The notes: generated by a model from the letters alone, not told the origin. Counted from the stretch's first letter, positions 51,925 to 61,609 are shown. The stretch is DNA of 64,000 bases from Bacilli bacterium (GCA_024409055.1 JAKSUL010000005.1:6636-70635), one strand, 5' to 3'. Numbers and translations are program-made.

Positions 51925-53207
51925 TCAAAGTTGCAATATTCGGTCTTGGAAACCGCGGAAGAATGTACGCGGATTACGCCAAGCAAGAGCCAAGCAAAAT
52001 GCAGGTGGTCCAAATCGTGGACACCAATAAAACAGCTTTGGATTGGGCTCGCGAAAACTATGGGGTCAAACCGGAAAACTGCTATTCTTCCGTCGAAGAA
52101 TTCTTGAAAGCCCCAAAGATCGCCGATGCCGTCTTGAACTGCACGATGGACCAATACCACTACGACACCACTATGCCATTATTCAAACTTGGCTACCACG
52201 TGTTGCTCGAAAAGCCGATTTCAGTCTCGGAAAAAGAGCTTAACGAACTTCGCGACGAATCCAAAAAATATAAGCGCGCCTTCATGGTGTGCCACGTTCT
52301 CCGCTACGCCCCGTTCTATAGGAAGGTCAAAGAAATCCTCCTCTCTGGAGAGGTTGGAAAACTCGTTTCCATCGAAATGGCCGAGCACGTTTATGTCCCG
52401 CATATGCTTGCTAGCTATGTCCGTGGAAAATGGCGCAGCGAATCCGAATGCGGATCCCCGATGATCATGGCCAAATGCTGTCACGACACCGACTTGATGT
52501 GTTGGTTCAACGAAGGACATCGCCCAACATTCATCTCTTCTTTCGGCGAACGCAGCGTCTTCGTTCCGGAAAACAAACCAGAAGGTGCTTCTGATCGTTG
52601 CATGACCTGCAAACACAAAGAAACTTGCCAATATTCCTGCTACTTCAACCTCGAATTAAAGCATATGGACCCCATCATCTTCCAAAACGCCTTCCCAGGA
52701 AAGAACTGGGATGAGCTTACCAAGGAAGATAAAATTAAGGTATTCACCGAGTCTCCATCCCTAGGGCTCTGTGCCTTCTCTGGACCACAAGATTTAGTCG
52801 ACCACCAAGTCACGTCCGTCGCCTTTGAAAACGGAGTCACCGCCACCCTCAACATGATTGGTGGCACTTCCTATCCATGCCGCACTCTCCATATCACATG
52901 CACGGGCGGAGAAATCTATGGCGTCTTGGAAGAAAACAAAGTATTCGAACGCATTTATCAGAAAGACAAATTCTGGCGTGAAACCATCTGTCACGACCTC
53001 GGAAACGTTGGAGACGGCCACGGCGGAGGAGACGTTCGCTTAATCGCCGACTTCGTCCATTATCTCGAAACCGGAGAACTCTCCATTTCCCAAACCAACA
53101 TCGACAGTTCGATCGATGGCCACTTGGTCGCCATCGCAGCCGACAAATCCGACAAGAATCACAAAGTCATCGTCTTCGGCGAAGATAGATCGCTAAAGCA
53201 ATCCTAA
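51921..53207 (+). CDS. Gfo/Idh/MocA family oxidoreductase with an internal four-Cys motif
   Basis: Rossmann start MIKVAIFGLGNRG and an EKP motif (LLEKPI). CMTCKHKETCQYSC lies at aa 227-240. ATGA overlap with the GH31 stop. Confidence 0.85.
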   Translation: MIKVAIFGLGNRGRMYADYAKQEPSKMQVVQIVDTNKTALDWARENYGVKPENCYSSVEEFLKAPKIADAVLNCTMDQYHYDTTMPLFKLGYHVLLEKPISVSEKELNELRDESKKYKRAFMVCHVLRYAPFYRKVKEILLSGEVGKLVSIEMAEHVYVPHMLASYVRGKWRSESECGSPMIMAKCCHDTDLMCWFNEGHRPTFISSFGERSVFVPENKPEGASDRCMTCKHKETCQYSCYFNLELKHMDPIIFQNAFPGKNWDELTKEDKIKVFTESPSLGLCAFSGPQDLVDHQVTSVAFENGVTATLNMIGGTSYPCRTLHITCTGGEIYGVLEENKVFERIYQKDKFWRETICHDLGNVGDGHGGGDVRLIADFVHYLETGELSISQTNIDSSIDGHLVAIAADKSDKNHKVIVFGEDRSLKQS

Positions 53208-53219
53208 GGAGGTACCCCT

Positions 53220-54977
53220 ATGCCAGACACCAAAAAAGAGGAACTTAAAGCCAAGAGAAAGGCTGAGCAATTGGCAGCCAAGCAGGCCAGCATCGAAAAC
53301 ATCGTCAACTACAACCGCGTTGTCGCGATTGAGTTAGCGAACCGCGCCAAAGAAAAGAAGGCTAACGAAGGCGCCTATATTTGTTTGCAGAACGTGAACA
53401 AAATATACGACAACCTCGTTCAGGCCGTCTTCGATTTCTCCCTTGATATCAAAAAGGGCGAATTCGTTGTTTTAGTTGGCCCTTCTGGATGCGGAAAGTC
53501 CACCACTTTACGCATGATCGCTGGCTTAGAGGAAATCACAGCCGGAAACCTTTTTATCGATAACAAATACGCCAACGTCTTATCTCCGAAAGACCGTGAC
53601 ATTTCCATGGTCTTCCAGTCTTATGCGCTCTATCCGCATATGTCCGTTTACGACAACATGGCTTTCGCCATGCAAATTAGGCCATACGCAATTCCTTGCT
53701 ATGACGGAAACGGAAATCCCGTCCTCGGCGTTGACGAAAACGAAATCAAGCGCATTGAAAAAGAGATCAAAGACACTGAATCTCAGCTCAATAACGTCAA
53801 ATCTTACGGTTATCAAGGCGCCACCCAAAGCGAAGTCGTCGCTCCGCTCGAGGCCCATTTAGAAAAACTCAACAAAAAATGCGAAGAGGCCAAGACCAAC
53901 CAAGTCCATTTGAAAAAAGTCCGTAAATACAGCAAATCGGAAATCAATGAGTTCGTCGACGAAGCCGCTAAGATCCTTCAAATCCAAGAATACCTTGATC
54001 GCAAGCCACGTGAACTATCCGGTGGTCAGCGTCAGCGTGTCGCTTTAGGACGCGCCATCGTCAAGAAATCAAAACTCTTCTTGATGGACGAGCCTCTTTC
54101 TAACTTGGACGCTAAGCTCCGTGTTTCTATGCGTTCTGAGATCAAACGTCTTCATAAATCAATCGGGGCCACCACAATTTATGTTACCCACGACCAGACC
54201 GAAGCCATGACCATGGCCGATCGCATCGTCATCATGAACAAGGGTTACATCCAACAAATTGGAACTCCTCAGGAAATCTACAATCACCCATCTAACGTCT
54301 TCGTTGCGACCTTCATTGGTTCACCTGCCATGAATATCCTCGACGTCGAACTTAGCAAAAACGCCGTTACCTTCCAAGGCGGAGAAACTCTCACCTTATC
54401 CAAAGGATCCGAGGAGCGTGTCGTCGATTACATCAAGTCTAAAATCGCTGAGATTGAAGCCTTCGAGAAAAATGGTTTAGCCGAAGAGGAGGCCAAACAA
54501 CGCCAAGTCACAAAGGAAACCCTTATCCTTAAGATGAAGACAAGCAAAGCGAAAAAAGCCGAGGAAAACACCAGAGATGTCCTCGACGAAATCACTTTGA
54601 ACGAAGAAGAAAAAGAAATCTGCAAGAGCTTATTCGAAAAGAAGCTTGCCGTCTTATTGGAGAAGAAAGCCAAATATCAAGCTATGCTTGACTCTGGAGT
54701 CTATAACGTCAAATTCGGCATTCGTCCTGAATACGTTTACGTTAAAGGCAGCAGCCTTGAATCGGATGTTGTGCCAAGTGAAGACAAGAAACTTCTCATC
54801 AACATCTCCGAGCTTTTAGGCAACGAATTCTACTTACATGGAAACTTAGGCGGAAAAGATTTCGTTCTCAAATCGACATCCTCCCACCCTGTCGCAGAAG
54901 GCGAAGAAGCAACGATTGTCTTCGATCTTGCCAGAGTCCATATCTTCGATTCCATCGACGAGCGCATTATCTTCTAA
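53220..54977 (+). CDS. MsmK/UgpC-type sugar ABC ATPase with an N-terminal extension and two large insertions
   Basis: [49 protein letters not shown] and VTHDQ motifs. AAGGAGG RBS. 585 aa, versus the roughly 370 aa usual for this class. Confidence 0.9.
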   Translation: MPDTKKEELKAKRKAEQLAAKQASIENIVNYNRVVAIELANRAKEKKANEGAYICLQNVNKIYDNLVQAVFDFSLDIKKGEFVVLVGPSGCGKSTTLRMIAGLEEITAGNLFIDNKYANVLSPKDRDISMVFQSYALYPHMSVYDNMAFAMQIRPYAIPCYDGNGNPVLGVDENEIKRIEKEIKDTESQLNNVKSYGYQGATQSEVVAPLEAHLEKLNKKCEEAKTNQVHLKKVRKYSKSEINEFVDEAAKILQIQEYLDRKPRELSGGQRQRVALGRAIVKKSKLFLMDEPLSNLDAKLRVSMRSEIKRLHKSIGATTIYVTHDQTEAMTMADRIVIMNKGYIQQIGTPQEIYNHPSNVFVATFIGSPAMNILDVELSKNAVTFQGGETLTLSKGSEERVVDYIKSKIAEIEAFEKNGLAEEEAKQRQVTKETLILKMKTSKAKKAEENTRDVLDEITLNEEEKEICKSLFEKKLAVLLEKKAKYQAMLDSGVYNVKFGIRPEYVYVKGSSLESDVVPSEDKKLLINISELLGNEFYLHGNLGGKDFVLKSTSSHPVAEGEEATIVFDLARVHIFDSIDERIIF

Positions 54978-54980
54978 CTT

Positions 54981-57164
54981 ATGATTGTTTTTGATTCGGA
55001 CAACAAGTTCTTCCATCTAAAAAACAAGGATCTTTCCTATGTTTTTTACGTCAATCAATTAGGGGTTCTCATAAAACTATATTACGGCCAACCCATCCAC
55101 GATTTAGGCAAAGAACACCTTGAATCAATAAACGAATTAAGCGGGGACGCGCATGGATATTTGGATAGTGATGGAAAAGAAGTGATCCCCACTTCCCCAC
55201 GCTTTGCCGGTAGTTATCTCCCTCAAGAGATCCCCACTTTTCTTTCCTATGACAAGCGCCCGGCTTTGTTCAAAATCGAGCATAGCGACGGAAGCAAAGT
55301 AACCGATTTTCGCTATGTTTCTCACACCATTTCCAAAGGAAAACCGGCATTAAAAGGGCTCCCTTCTTTGAGAGAAGGAAACTGCGAAACGCTATGTGTC
55401 TTGCTAAAAGATCAAAAAGATGATGTTTTCGTTGAGGCGTATTACACAATCTACGATGATTGCCCAATACTCCTTCGCCACAACCGCATAATCAACAAAT
55501 CCAAGAACGTCATCCGCTTATTTAAAGCCGGATCTCTTTGTTTGGATTTGCCAAGCAACGATTACTCTATCCTCTCGTTGCACGGAACATACGCCACGGA
55601 TAGAGAAATAGAAACGACACGCATCAACCACAACATAGTAACAATAGATGAGAACGCCGGAGGAAAAGGCTTTTACCACAACCCTATGGGCATGCTCATA
55701 AAAGATGGTACAAACACCGAAAACGGCGAGGCCATCGGTTTTGGCTTGATCTATTCCGGTAACTTCGCCTTCAACTTTGCCGGAACCCAGATGGAACAAA
55801 TTAGAGCTGTGCTAGGACTAAACGAAGAGAACTTCTGCTTCTATCTAGAAAGCGGAGAAGACTTCGTCACCCCCGAAGCTTTCCTGGTTTATTCAAACAA
55901 AGGAACCTACGAGGTTACCCATCAATTTCACAACATCATTAGAGAGCATCTATTACGCCCAATACCAAAAGGATTCGAGAAAACGGTTCTTTTGAATAGT
56001 TGGGAAGGGACGTATTTCAATTTTAACACCGAACTCATTCTTTCTTATTTGGATAAAGCGAAGGAAATGGGCGTCACCTTATTCGTTTTGGATGATGGTT
56101 GGTTCGGAAATAGAGACGATGACACGAGGTCTCTCGGCGACTGGGAAGTTAATAAGAACAAAATCGATCTCAAGAAGGTCGTTGATTACGCACATGAAAT
56201 CGGGCTTAAATTCGGGCTATGGATTGAGCCAGAGATGATAAATCCCGATTCAAATCTTTTTAGAGAGCATCCGGAATACGCCTTATACGATCGCGGTTTA
56301 AACCCCACCACATTCCGTCACCAGCTCGTTTTGGATTTAACAAATCCAGAAGTAGTAGATGTAATTTCGGAAAAGATAATCTCAATATTCAAAACATACG
56401 GACTCGATTACTGCAAATGGGACTTCAATAGAATCCTGACCGAACCTGTTTCTCCATTCCTTACAAAAGAAAGGCAAGGAGAGGTGTTCCACCGCTTCAT
56501 GCTCGGAACATATGAGATGATGTCTCGCTTCGTCAGGAGCTGCCCCAATATTTTGTTTGAGACTTGCTCCGGAGGCGGAGGAAGATTCGACATGGGAATG
56601 CTTGCTTATTGTCACCAAATTTGGGGAAGCGACGAAACGGACGGACCAGCTAGGACGTATATCCATTATTCGACCAATTTGTTCTATCCTCTTCAGGTAT
56701 TGGGCGCCCACGTGTCGGCTAGAAAATATCTTTCCATCAAAGAAAAAGCCGCCATCGCGATGTTCGGAACTTATGGATACGAGCTCAATCCTTTGAAGTT
56801 AAGCGAGAAGGATATTTCTGATATTAGAGAATGCAATGAGCTATATCTATCTCTCAAAGACACAATTTATAACGGAGATTACTATCCGCTGATTAACCCA
56901 TACGATGGTTCCAACTTCGTCAGTTGGGAGGTCGTAAGCAAAGACAAGAACAGCGCCGCCGTTTTCTTGATGAACTACCACCTAATCAATTGGAGATCTC
57001 GTTTCTTGAAAATAAAGGGCCTCGACCCAAATAAGCTCTACAAAAATTCCTTAGACGGCAGCGTCTTTTATGGTGACTTCTACGCAAACGTCGGTTTAAA
57101 TGTAACCGCAGGAAGAGACAACTTTACTGATCAGGTCATCTCCTTTACTGTCGTAAATGAATAA
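54981..57164 (+). CDS. GH36 alpha-galactosidase
   Basis: LLNSWEGTYFNFN, FVLDDGWF, KWDFNR and CSGGGGRFD blocks. Confidence 0.9.
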   Translation: MIVFDSDNKFFHLKNKDLSYVFYVNQLGVLIKLYYGQPIHDLGKEHLESINELSGDAHGYLDSDGKEVIPTSPRFAGSYLPQEIPTFLSYDKRPALFKIEHSDGSKVTDFRYVSHTISKGKPALKGLPSLREGNCETLCVLLKDQKDDVFVEAYYTIYDDCPILLRHNRIINKSKNVIRLFKAGSLCLDLPSNDYSILSLHGTYATDREIETTRINHNIVTIDENAGGKGFYHNPMGMLIKDGTNTENGEAIGFGLIYSGNFAFNFAGTQMEQIRAVLGLNEENFCFYLESGEDFVTPEAFLVYSNKGTYEVTHQFHNIIREHLLRPIPKGFEKTVLLNSWEGTYFNFNTELILSYLDKAKEMGVTLFVLDDGWFGNRDDDTRSLGDWEVNKNKIDLKKVVDYAHEIGLKFGLWIEPEMINPDSNLFREHPEYALYDRGLNPTTFRHQLVLDLTNPEVVDVISEKIISIFKTYGLDYCKWDFNRILTEPVSPFLTKERQGEVFHRFMLGTYEMMSRFVRSCPNILFETCSGGGGRFDMGMLAYCHQIWGSDETDGPARTYIHYSTNLFYPLQVLGAHVSARKYLSIKEKAAIAMFGTYGYELNPLKLSEKDISDIRECNELYLSLKDTIYNGDYYPLINPYDGSNFVSWEVVSKDKNSAAVFLMNYHLINWRSRFLKIKGLDPNKLYKNSLDGSVFYGDFYANVGLNVTAGRDNFTDQVISFTVVNE

Positions 57165-58392
57165 GCAAGAAGAAAACAGCCAATTTTATCCAGTAGGACC
57201 AGTCAAAGCGTTCTTTTCGTCTTTGATAAACGCCTTGCTCGTTTGTCTTTTATCGGTGGGCTTTTATTTTTCTATCTTCCAAACAATCAAATACACTTCG
57301 ATGAAGGGCGATGTCGATCGCAAGGAAAACTCATATTCCCTCATTCTAAAAGAAGGAAGGGAATCAGGCCTATTAAAAGGCAACGAGTCGAACACAATGG
57401 TGTTTTCCTGTTCGAACTATTATGAATTCTTCGTCGCCGAACTTCTAAAACACGACTATCTCTCCCCTTATTACGACTACGAAAAAGACCCTGATGGCTT
57501 CAAAAAAGCGGAGTCCAAATTCAAAGACATTCCTCAAATAGAAATCGATGGTAACCAAATAAAAGACGACTATTTAGGCCATTTTTACACATCGTACGTA
57601 ATAGGAAGAGTGGATGAAGGTGGAAATAAATTGGTTACGTATTCCCAAGAAGACTCTGTATCCAGTTACATAAATGGTATCTTGTCCGCGAACGATCCTT
57701 CAAAGGGCGGTGCTTTCTTCGATTACATAGACGATTCAACATTCCCGATTCTAAAATCGAACGTACGTACCTTGTTGTTTGGATATGTAATCAATTCAAT
57801 CGTAACCGACGCCACCAAAAACATGGACCAGAAATTCTATTCATATTTCCAAGGCGTTTTCGACGGCGCTCAAGATTTGCTTATGAAAGATTCAGTCTAC
57901 GGGGCGGCATACAGGAACTTTGAGGAGAGCAACTCCAAATTATTGTCCTTTGATACGATTGGCGTTTTCGTCTCGTTTGGAATCGCGTCGTTAATAGCGA
58001 TGATCGTCATTCCTCTCATCGCCAAAAAAGGAAGAAGCCTAGGAAATATCATCACGAAGACTCAATACGTCCAAGAAAACGATTCTTTCGAAACGAAAAA
58101 CCTCTTACTTCTATTTTTGATTTCAATCCCAAAATACATATTCGTAATTGGAATCTTTGTTTTAATCAGCAACCAACAAATTCTCCTTTCCCCTTGGTTT
58201 CATGTGTTCGGAAAAGGAGTTAACGGCTTGTTCCTTCTTGCCGCTTCCCTTATCGTGGACGCCGCAAGCATAATCATCACATTGGTCCATCCAGACAATA
58301 GAAATTTGGATGGCATCGTCTCCATGACTACTCTTTGTTCAAAACCACGCCACTCTGAGACAAATAAGCCTTCTGGAACTGTTTCGGAGTAA
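57157..58392 (+). CDS. Hypothetical polytopic membrane protein
   Basis: Overlaps the GH36 stop. N-terminal TM ALLVCLLSVGFYFSIF, a large loop, then three to four C-terminal TM helices. No family recognised. Confidence 0.6.
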   Translation: MNKQEENSQFYPVGPVKAFFSSLINALLVCLLSVGFYFSIFQTIKYTSMKGDVDRKENSYSLILKEGRESGLLKGNESNTMVFSCSNYYEFFVAELLKHDYLSPYYDYEKDPDGFKKAESKFKDIPQIEIDGNQIKDDYLGHFYTSYVIGRVDEGGNKLVTYSQEDSVSSYINGILSANDPSKGGAFFDYIDDSTFPILKSNVRTLLFGYVINSIVTDATKNMDQKFYSYFQGVFDGAQDLLMKDSVYGAAYRNFEESNSKLLSFDTIGVFVSFGIASLIAMIVIPLIAKKGRSLGNIITKTQYVQENDSFETKNLLLLFLISIPKYIFVIGIFVLISNQQILLSPWFHVFGKGVNGLFLLAASLIVDAASIIITLVHPDNRNLDGIVSMTTLCSKPRHSETNKPSGTVSE

Positions 58393-59170
58393 TGTGATTG
58401 TATTTCTTAAATTCCCTGATGTAGTTGCTCGGGGACTTAAAGCCGCATTCCTCGGAGATCTCTTTAATAGATTTGTTGGAGATTTTTAAAAGTCGCTTGG
58501 AATGGTTGAGCTTATATTGAGTTAAGTACTGGACATACGTCATGCCAGTTCTTTCTTTGAATATCTCGCAAAAGTAATTCTTCTGATAGCCACAGAAATC
58601 GCTCATCTCTTGGAGGGACGGCGATCTCGCGAAGTTTTTGTGAATATACTGAAGAATGTCATTGTTGTTTTTGGGTCCAACTAGAGGCGGACGCATCTGT
58701 TTGGCGCCGACAGCAACAAGCAAAATGGCGTTCAGTAAATGTGAAAGAATTAAACGCTTATTTGTTCGCTTTGACTGACTGATGTCGAACATCAAAGCCA
58801 GCATAGAGGCGATTTGCCTCGTTTTGTTCGGGGTCAAAGTAATGATGATATTGTTATTATCGAACTCAACGAAATTAGAAACGGCCTCTTCGTCAATCAT
58901 CGTGGTATTGAAAGCCACGTCATAAATACGAAGCGGGGTCGTAGCGATGATTTCATGAAAATCAGAAGGGCGATACATGAACAAAGTGTCGTGCCTTATC
59001 TCATACGGATTTCCGTTTACGATCTGAGTACCAGTTCCCTCGACGGCGAGCTCCAACTCATAAAACTCATGGAAATGAAGCGGGTAATGCTTATCCACCT
59101 TAGAAAATTCAACGTAAATGTCGTTGCCTTTTAAATATTCTTTTTCACTAAGTTTTATCGCGTCTTGCAT
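58328..59170 (-). CDS. AraC family transcriptional regulator (cupin sensor plus HTH)
   Basis: HYPLHFHEFYELELAVEG cupin block and C-terminal AraC HTH (...ECGFKSPSNYIREFKKYNHITPKQFQ). Start set at ATG 59170 (280 aa); the ORF-track 59425 extension runs through the divergent promoter. Confidence 0.8.
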   Translation of the reverse strand: MQDAIKLSEKEYLKGNDIYVEFSKVDKHYPLHFHEFYELELAVEGTGTQIVNGNPYEIRHDTLFMYRPSDFHEIIATTPLRIYDVAFNTTMIDEEAVSNFVEFDNNNIIITLTPNKTRQIASMLALMFDISQSKRTNKRLILSHLLNAILLVAVGAKQMRPPLVGPKNNNDILQYIHKNFARSPSLQEMSDFCGYQKNYFCEIFKERTGMTYVQYLTQYKLNHSKRLLKISNKSIKEISEECGFKSPSNYIREFKKYNHITPKQFQKAYLSQSGVVLNKE

Positions 59171-59206
59171 TTGTAAATAGTTTAAGAATATTCGGTTTTT
59201 AGTCAA
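59171..59206 (-). promoter_or_regulatory. Promoter TTGACT-16-TAAACT, 8 nt from ATG 59170 (leaderless-type)
   Basis: Minus strand: TTGACT at 59206-59201, TAAACT at 59184-59179, spacer atttacaa, then ATG. No Shine-Dalgarno. Confidence 0.55.
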
Positions 59207-59278
59207 TGGAAATTGCCCATAATTATGTTTTACTATTTTGAAAAGTTGTCGCTTCTTCGTATCACTTGCCCGAATATT
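59187..59278. repeat. Inverted 9-mers AATATTCGG (59187-59195) and CCGAATATT (59270-59278) in the AraC/lipoprotein intergenic region
   Basis: Read directly. The first lies in the AraC promoter spacer; the second lies 43-51 nt upstream of the -10 box of the divergent lipoprotein gene. Confidence 0.55.
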
Positions 59279-59320
59279 AAGAAAATGCCCCTTCTTTTTA
59301 TAAAAGAATTTGGGTTCGAC

Positions 59321-59333
59321 TATAATTACCTTA
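59321..59333 (+). promoter_or_regulatory. Leaderless-type promoter (-10 TATAAT 7 nt from ATG 59334)
   Basis: TATAAT at 59321-59326, spacer tacctta, then the ATG of signal peptide MKQKILSIFSLGFLLLASC. No Shine-Dalgarno. Confidence 0.5.
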
Positions 59334-61598
59334 ATGAAACAAAAAATATTAAGTATTTTTTCGTTAGGATTCCTTCTTCTAGCCTCTTGTGGAGAAGCCC
59401 ATAGCGAACCAACATCGTCTGCCACAAGCGCAGAAACATCTCTTCCTTCAAAGAAATTCGAAATTTCACAAAGCTACGTTACTGATGTTTTCTTGCCCGG
59501 CAATCCGATGATCCTCACTTCGGTCAGCCAAGACACGAACTATATTGTTTTAGATGAAGCATCAAGGATCGTATACACGGCTTCTTTCATAAGTTCCGGA
59601 TACGGAACAAGAATTCGCTCATACCACTCCCCTTCATATGATTCGGTGCTTGGGTCACTGTTCAAATCAGGGCAAGTCATTGTCTTGGAGGGAATGAGAG
59701 GATACGAAGTTCAAACAGCCGGATACGCCCAATTCGTCAGTGAGGTCAGCAACGGCGAGATCAAAGTCGAAGACGCCTATGACCCAAATGCATCGTTCGT
59801 CCCAAATTGGAACTCGATAAAAAACGGATACTTAAACGATGACATCGGAATTACCTTTGTCTCAGGAGGAGAAACAATGAATTATCGCAATAAAGAGCCA
59901 TTCCGCCTTTCTTCGATATTCGATTCTTATGACGAAAACGGACAGTCCGCTTATTTGATGGAAGTCCCGTATTCCGATTCATACGAAATCGTTTGCCCAG
60001 GAGCAGCAGAGCTCAAAGTCACCGATATCAATGGGGCCGAAATCAAAAAGGATTCAGCCTCTTTGTACACATTCCATAAAGGAGAGAAGGTGGCCGTTTC
60101 CATGAAGGGTGGCTCCTTTGAACCGTTCAATCTTTCCGTTAAAGCCAAAAATCATCTTGTCGAACTTCCTTATGAAGTTTTGAAAGGAACCAGCATATCT
60201 TCTTATGATGTCCAAGGCGACAAATCCGTCGATCCTCTCACCAGTTCCCAAATCAAAGTCGCAAAACGTGATGACGGGAAGGGTTTGTACATCAACTGCA
60301 ATAACCCAGAAGCCCTTTACGAAGATTGCCTCAACACAGTTTTGACCGGACAAGACGTTTCCGGAAAGGAAGTGTTCTTCACATATGAGCACAACAACAA
60401 AATTACCCGCACATATTACTATGGATACCGCGTCACAAACACCGGAGACACCGATATCTTCGTCACGGTCAAAAACCTCGGCAATCAAATCAAAGGCGAT
60501 GGCTCTTGGTTAGGAGAAAACGAATGGATCCAGTTCTACAACCTTCCATTCCGCGTTAAAGACTTGGATAAATTATCGGCTTCTCAAAAGAAGAATTTTG
60601 ACGCATACGTCGGCTTCTCCAATGAATACCAGCCAGAAGTACGTCAGCCTATCACTTATCGAATTCCGAAGGGAAAATACATCTACGTCATGGGCGGAAC
60701 CACAAAAGACGCCTATAAAAACATCAACGTATTTGGTTCTGCAGACGAGCAGGTTTCCTCCTCGATATCCGGATGTTCTAATGGAGCTGTCCTCTTTGAG
60801 GTAACGGGCGGCAAAGCCTTCGGCCAATTCATGGCTTACTCAGATCCAGATGCATCTACCATCAACGAGACTCCATATGTCAAAGAGCACAAGCAATATG
60901 GATATGTCATGAATATCGTTGAAGGCGGAGAGACCCATTTCACCGGAAGCCAATACGCTGGATACGAGCCAGTCCATGGCGTCGTCGACACAAATGCCGA
61001 ATGGATCATAAACGACAAGACGGCGGCCGGACCACTTCCAGTCACATATCGCAACAACTACTATTCCAACAAGCAAAAAGGTGAACCGTTCGGAAAGGTC
61101 ACCGACGTAGTTGGATACGAGAACAAGAAGGTTGCGCGTTGGATCACCCACATCAATCCAACACATACTCCGAACGCAGTCGGTACGGACATGACCAAGT
61201 ACATAACAACCAACCACGAAACAGGTGAACCAATCGTCATAGAAGCAGAGCGTTATGACGGTACCGGAAGCACCGCTAATATTGGCAACTGGATGGTTGA
61301 TTACATCGACACCATCACTTTGGTAAATCAAGGCGATAAAGAACGCGAGTTGACCTATAAGATGTCACATAATGGTGTCATATTGGCTTTCGTTCGTGAC
61401 GAAAACGGAAATATTAGCCCATCTTATCCTCTCGCTTATCAGACCCGTATCAACGGTTCCGCATACGGAGCCGCCATCGACATTCCGTTCTCCTACACTA
61501 TCAAAATAGCTCCGCACTCCGTTGCGCGCTTCTCAGTTGATTACAACTTATTGGCCAATAGTAGTGGCTACATCACCCACGAAGTTACAATTAAGTAG
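59334..61598 (+). CDS. Lipoprotein of unknown function (754 aa)
   Basis: Lipobox LLASCGE. Start trimmed from the ORF-track 59310 to the Met that begins the signal peptide. No motif recognised. Confidence 0.8.
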   Translation: MKQKILSIFSLGFLLLASCGEAHSEPTSSATSAETSLPSKKFEISQSYVTDVFLPGNPMILTSVSQDTNYIVLDEASRIVYTASFISSGYGTRIRSYHSPSYDSVLGSLFKSGQVIVLEGMRGYEVQTAGYAQFVSEVSNGEIKVEDAYDPNASFVPNWNSIKNGYLNDDIGITFVSGGETMNYRNKEPFRLSSIFDSYDENGQSAYLMEVPYSDSYEIVCPGAAELKVTDINGAEIKKDSASLYTFHKGEKVAVSMKGGSFEPFNLSVKAKNHLVELPYEVLKGTSISSYDVQGDKSVDPLTSSQIKVAKRDDGKGLYINCNNPEALYEDCLNTVLTGQDVSGKEVFFTYEHNNKITRTYYYGYRVTNTGDTDIFVTVKNLGNQIKGDGSWLGENEWIQFYNLPFRVKDLDKLSASQKKNFDAYVGFSNEYQPEVRQPITYRIPKGKYIYVMGGTTKDAYKNINVFGSADEQVSSSISGCSNGAVLFEVTGGKAFGQFMAYSDPDASTINETPYVKEHKQYGYVMNIVEGGETHFTGSQYAGYEPVHGVVDTNAEWIINDKTAAGPLPVTYRNNYYSNKQKGEPFGKVTDVVGYENKKVARWITHINPTHTPNAVGTDMTKYITTNHETGEPIVIEAERYDGTGSTANIGNWMVDYIDTITLVNQGDKERELTYKMSHNGVILAFVRDENGNISPSYPLAYQTRINGSAYGAAIDIPFSYTIKIAPHSVARFSVDYNLLANSSGYITHEVTIK

Positions 61599-61609
61599 AG
61601 GCATTAATC

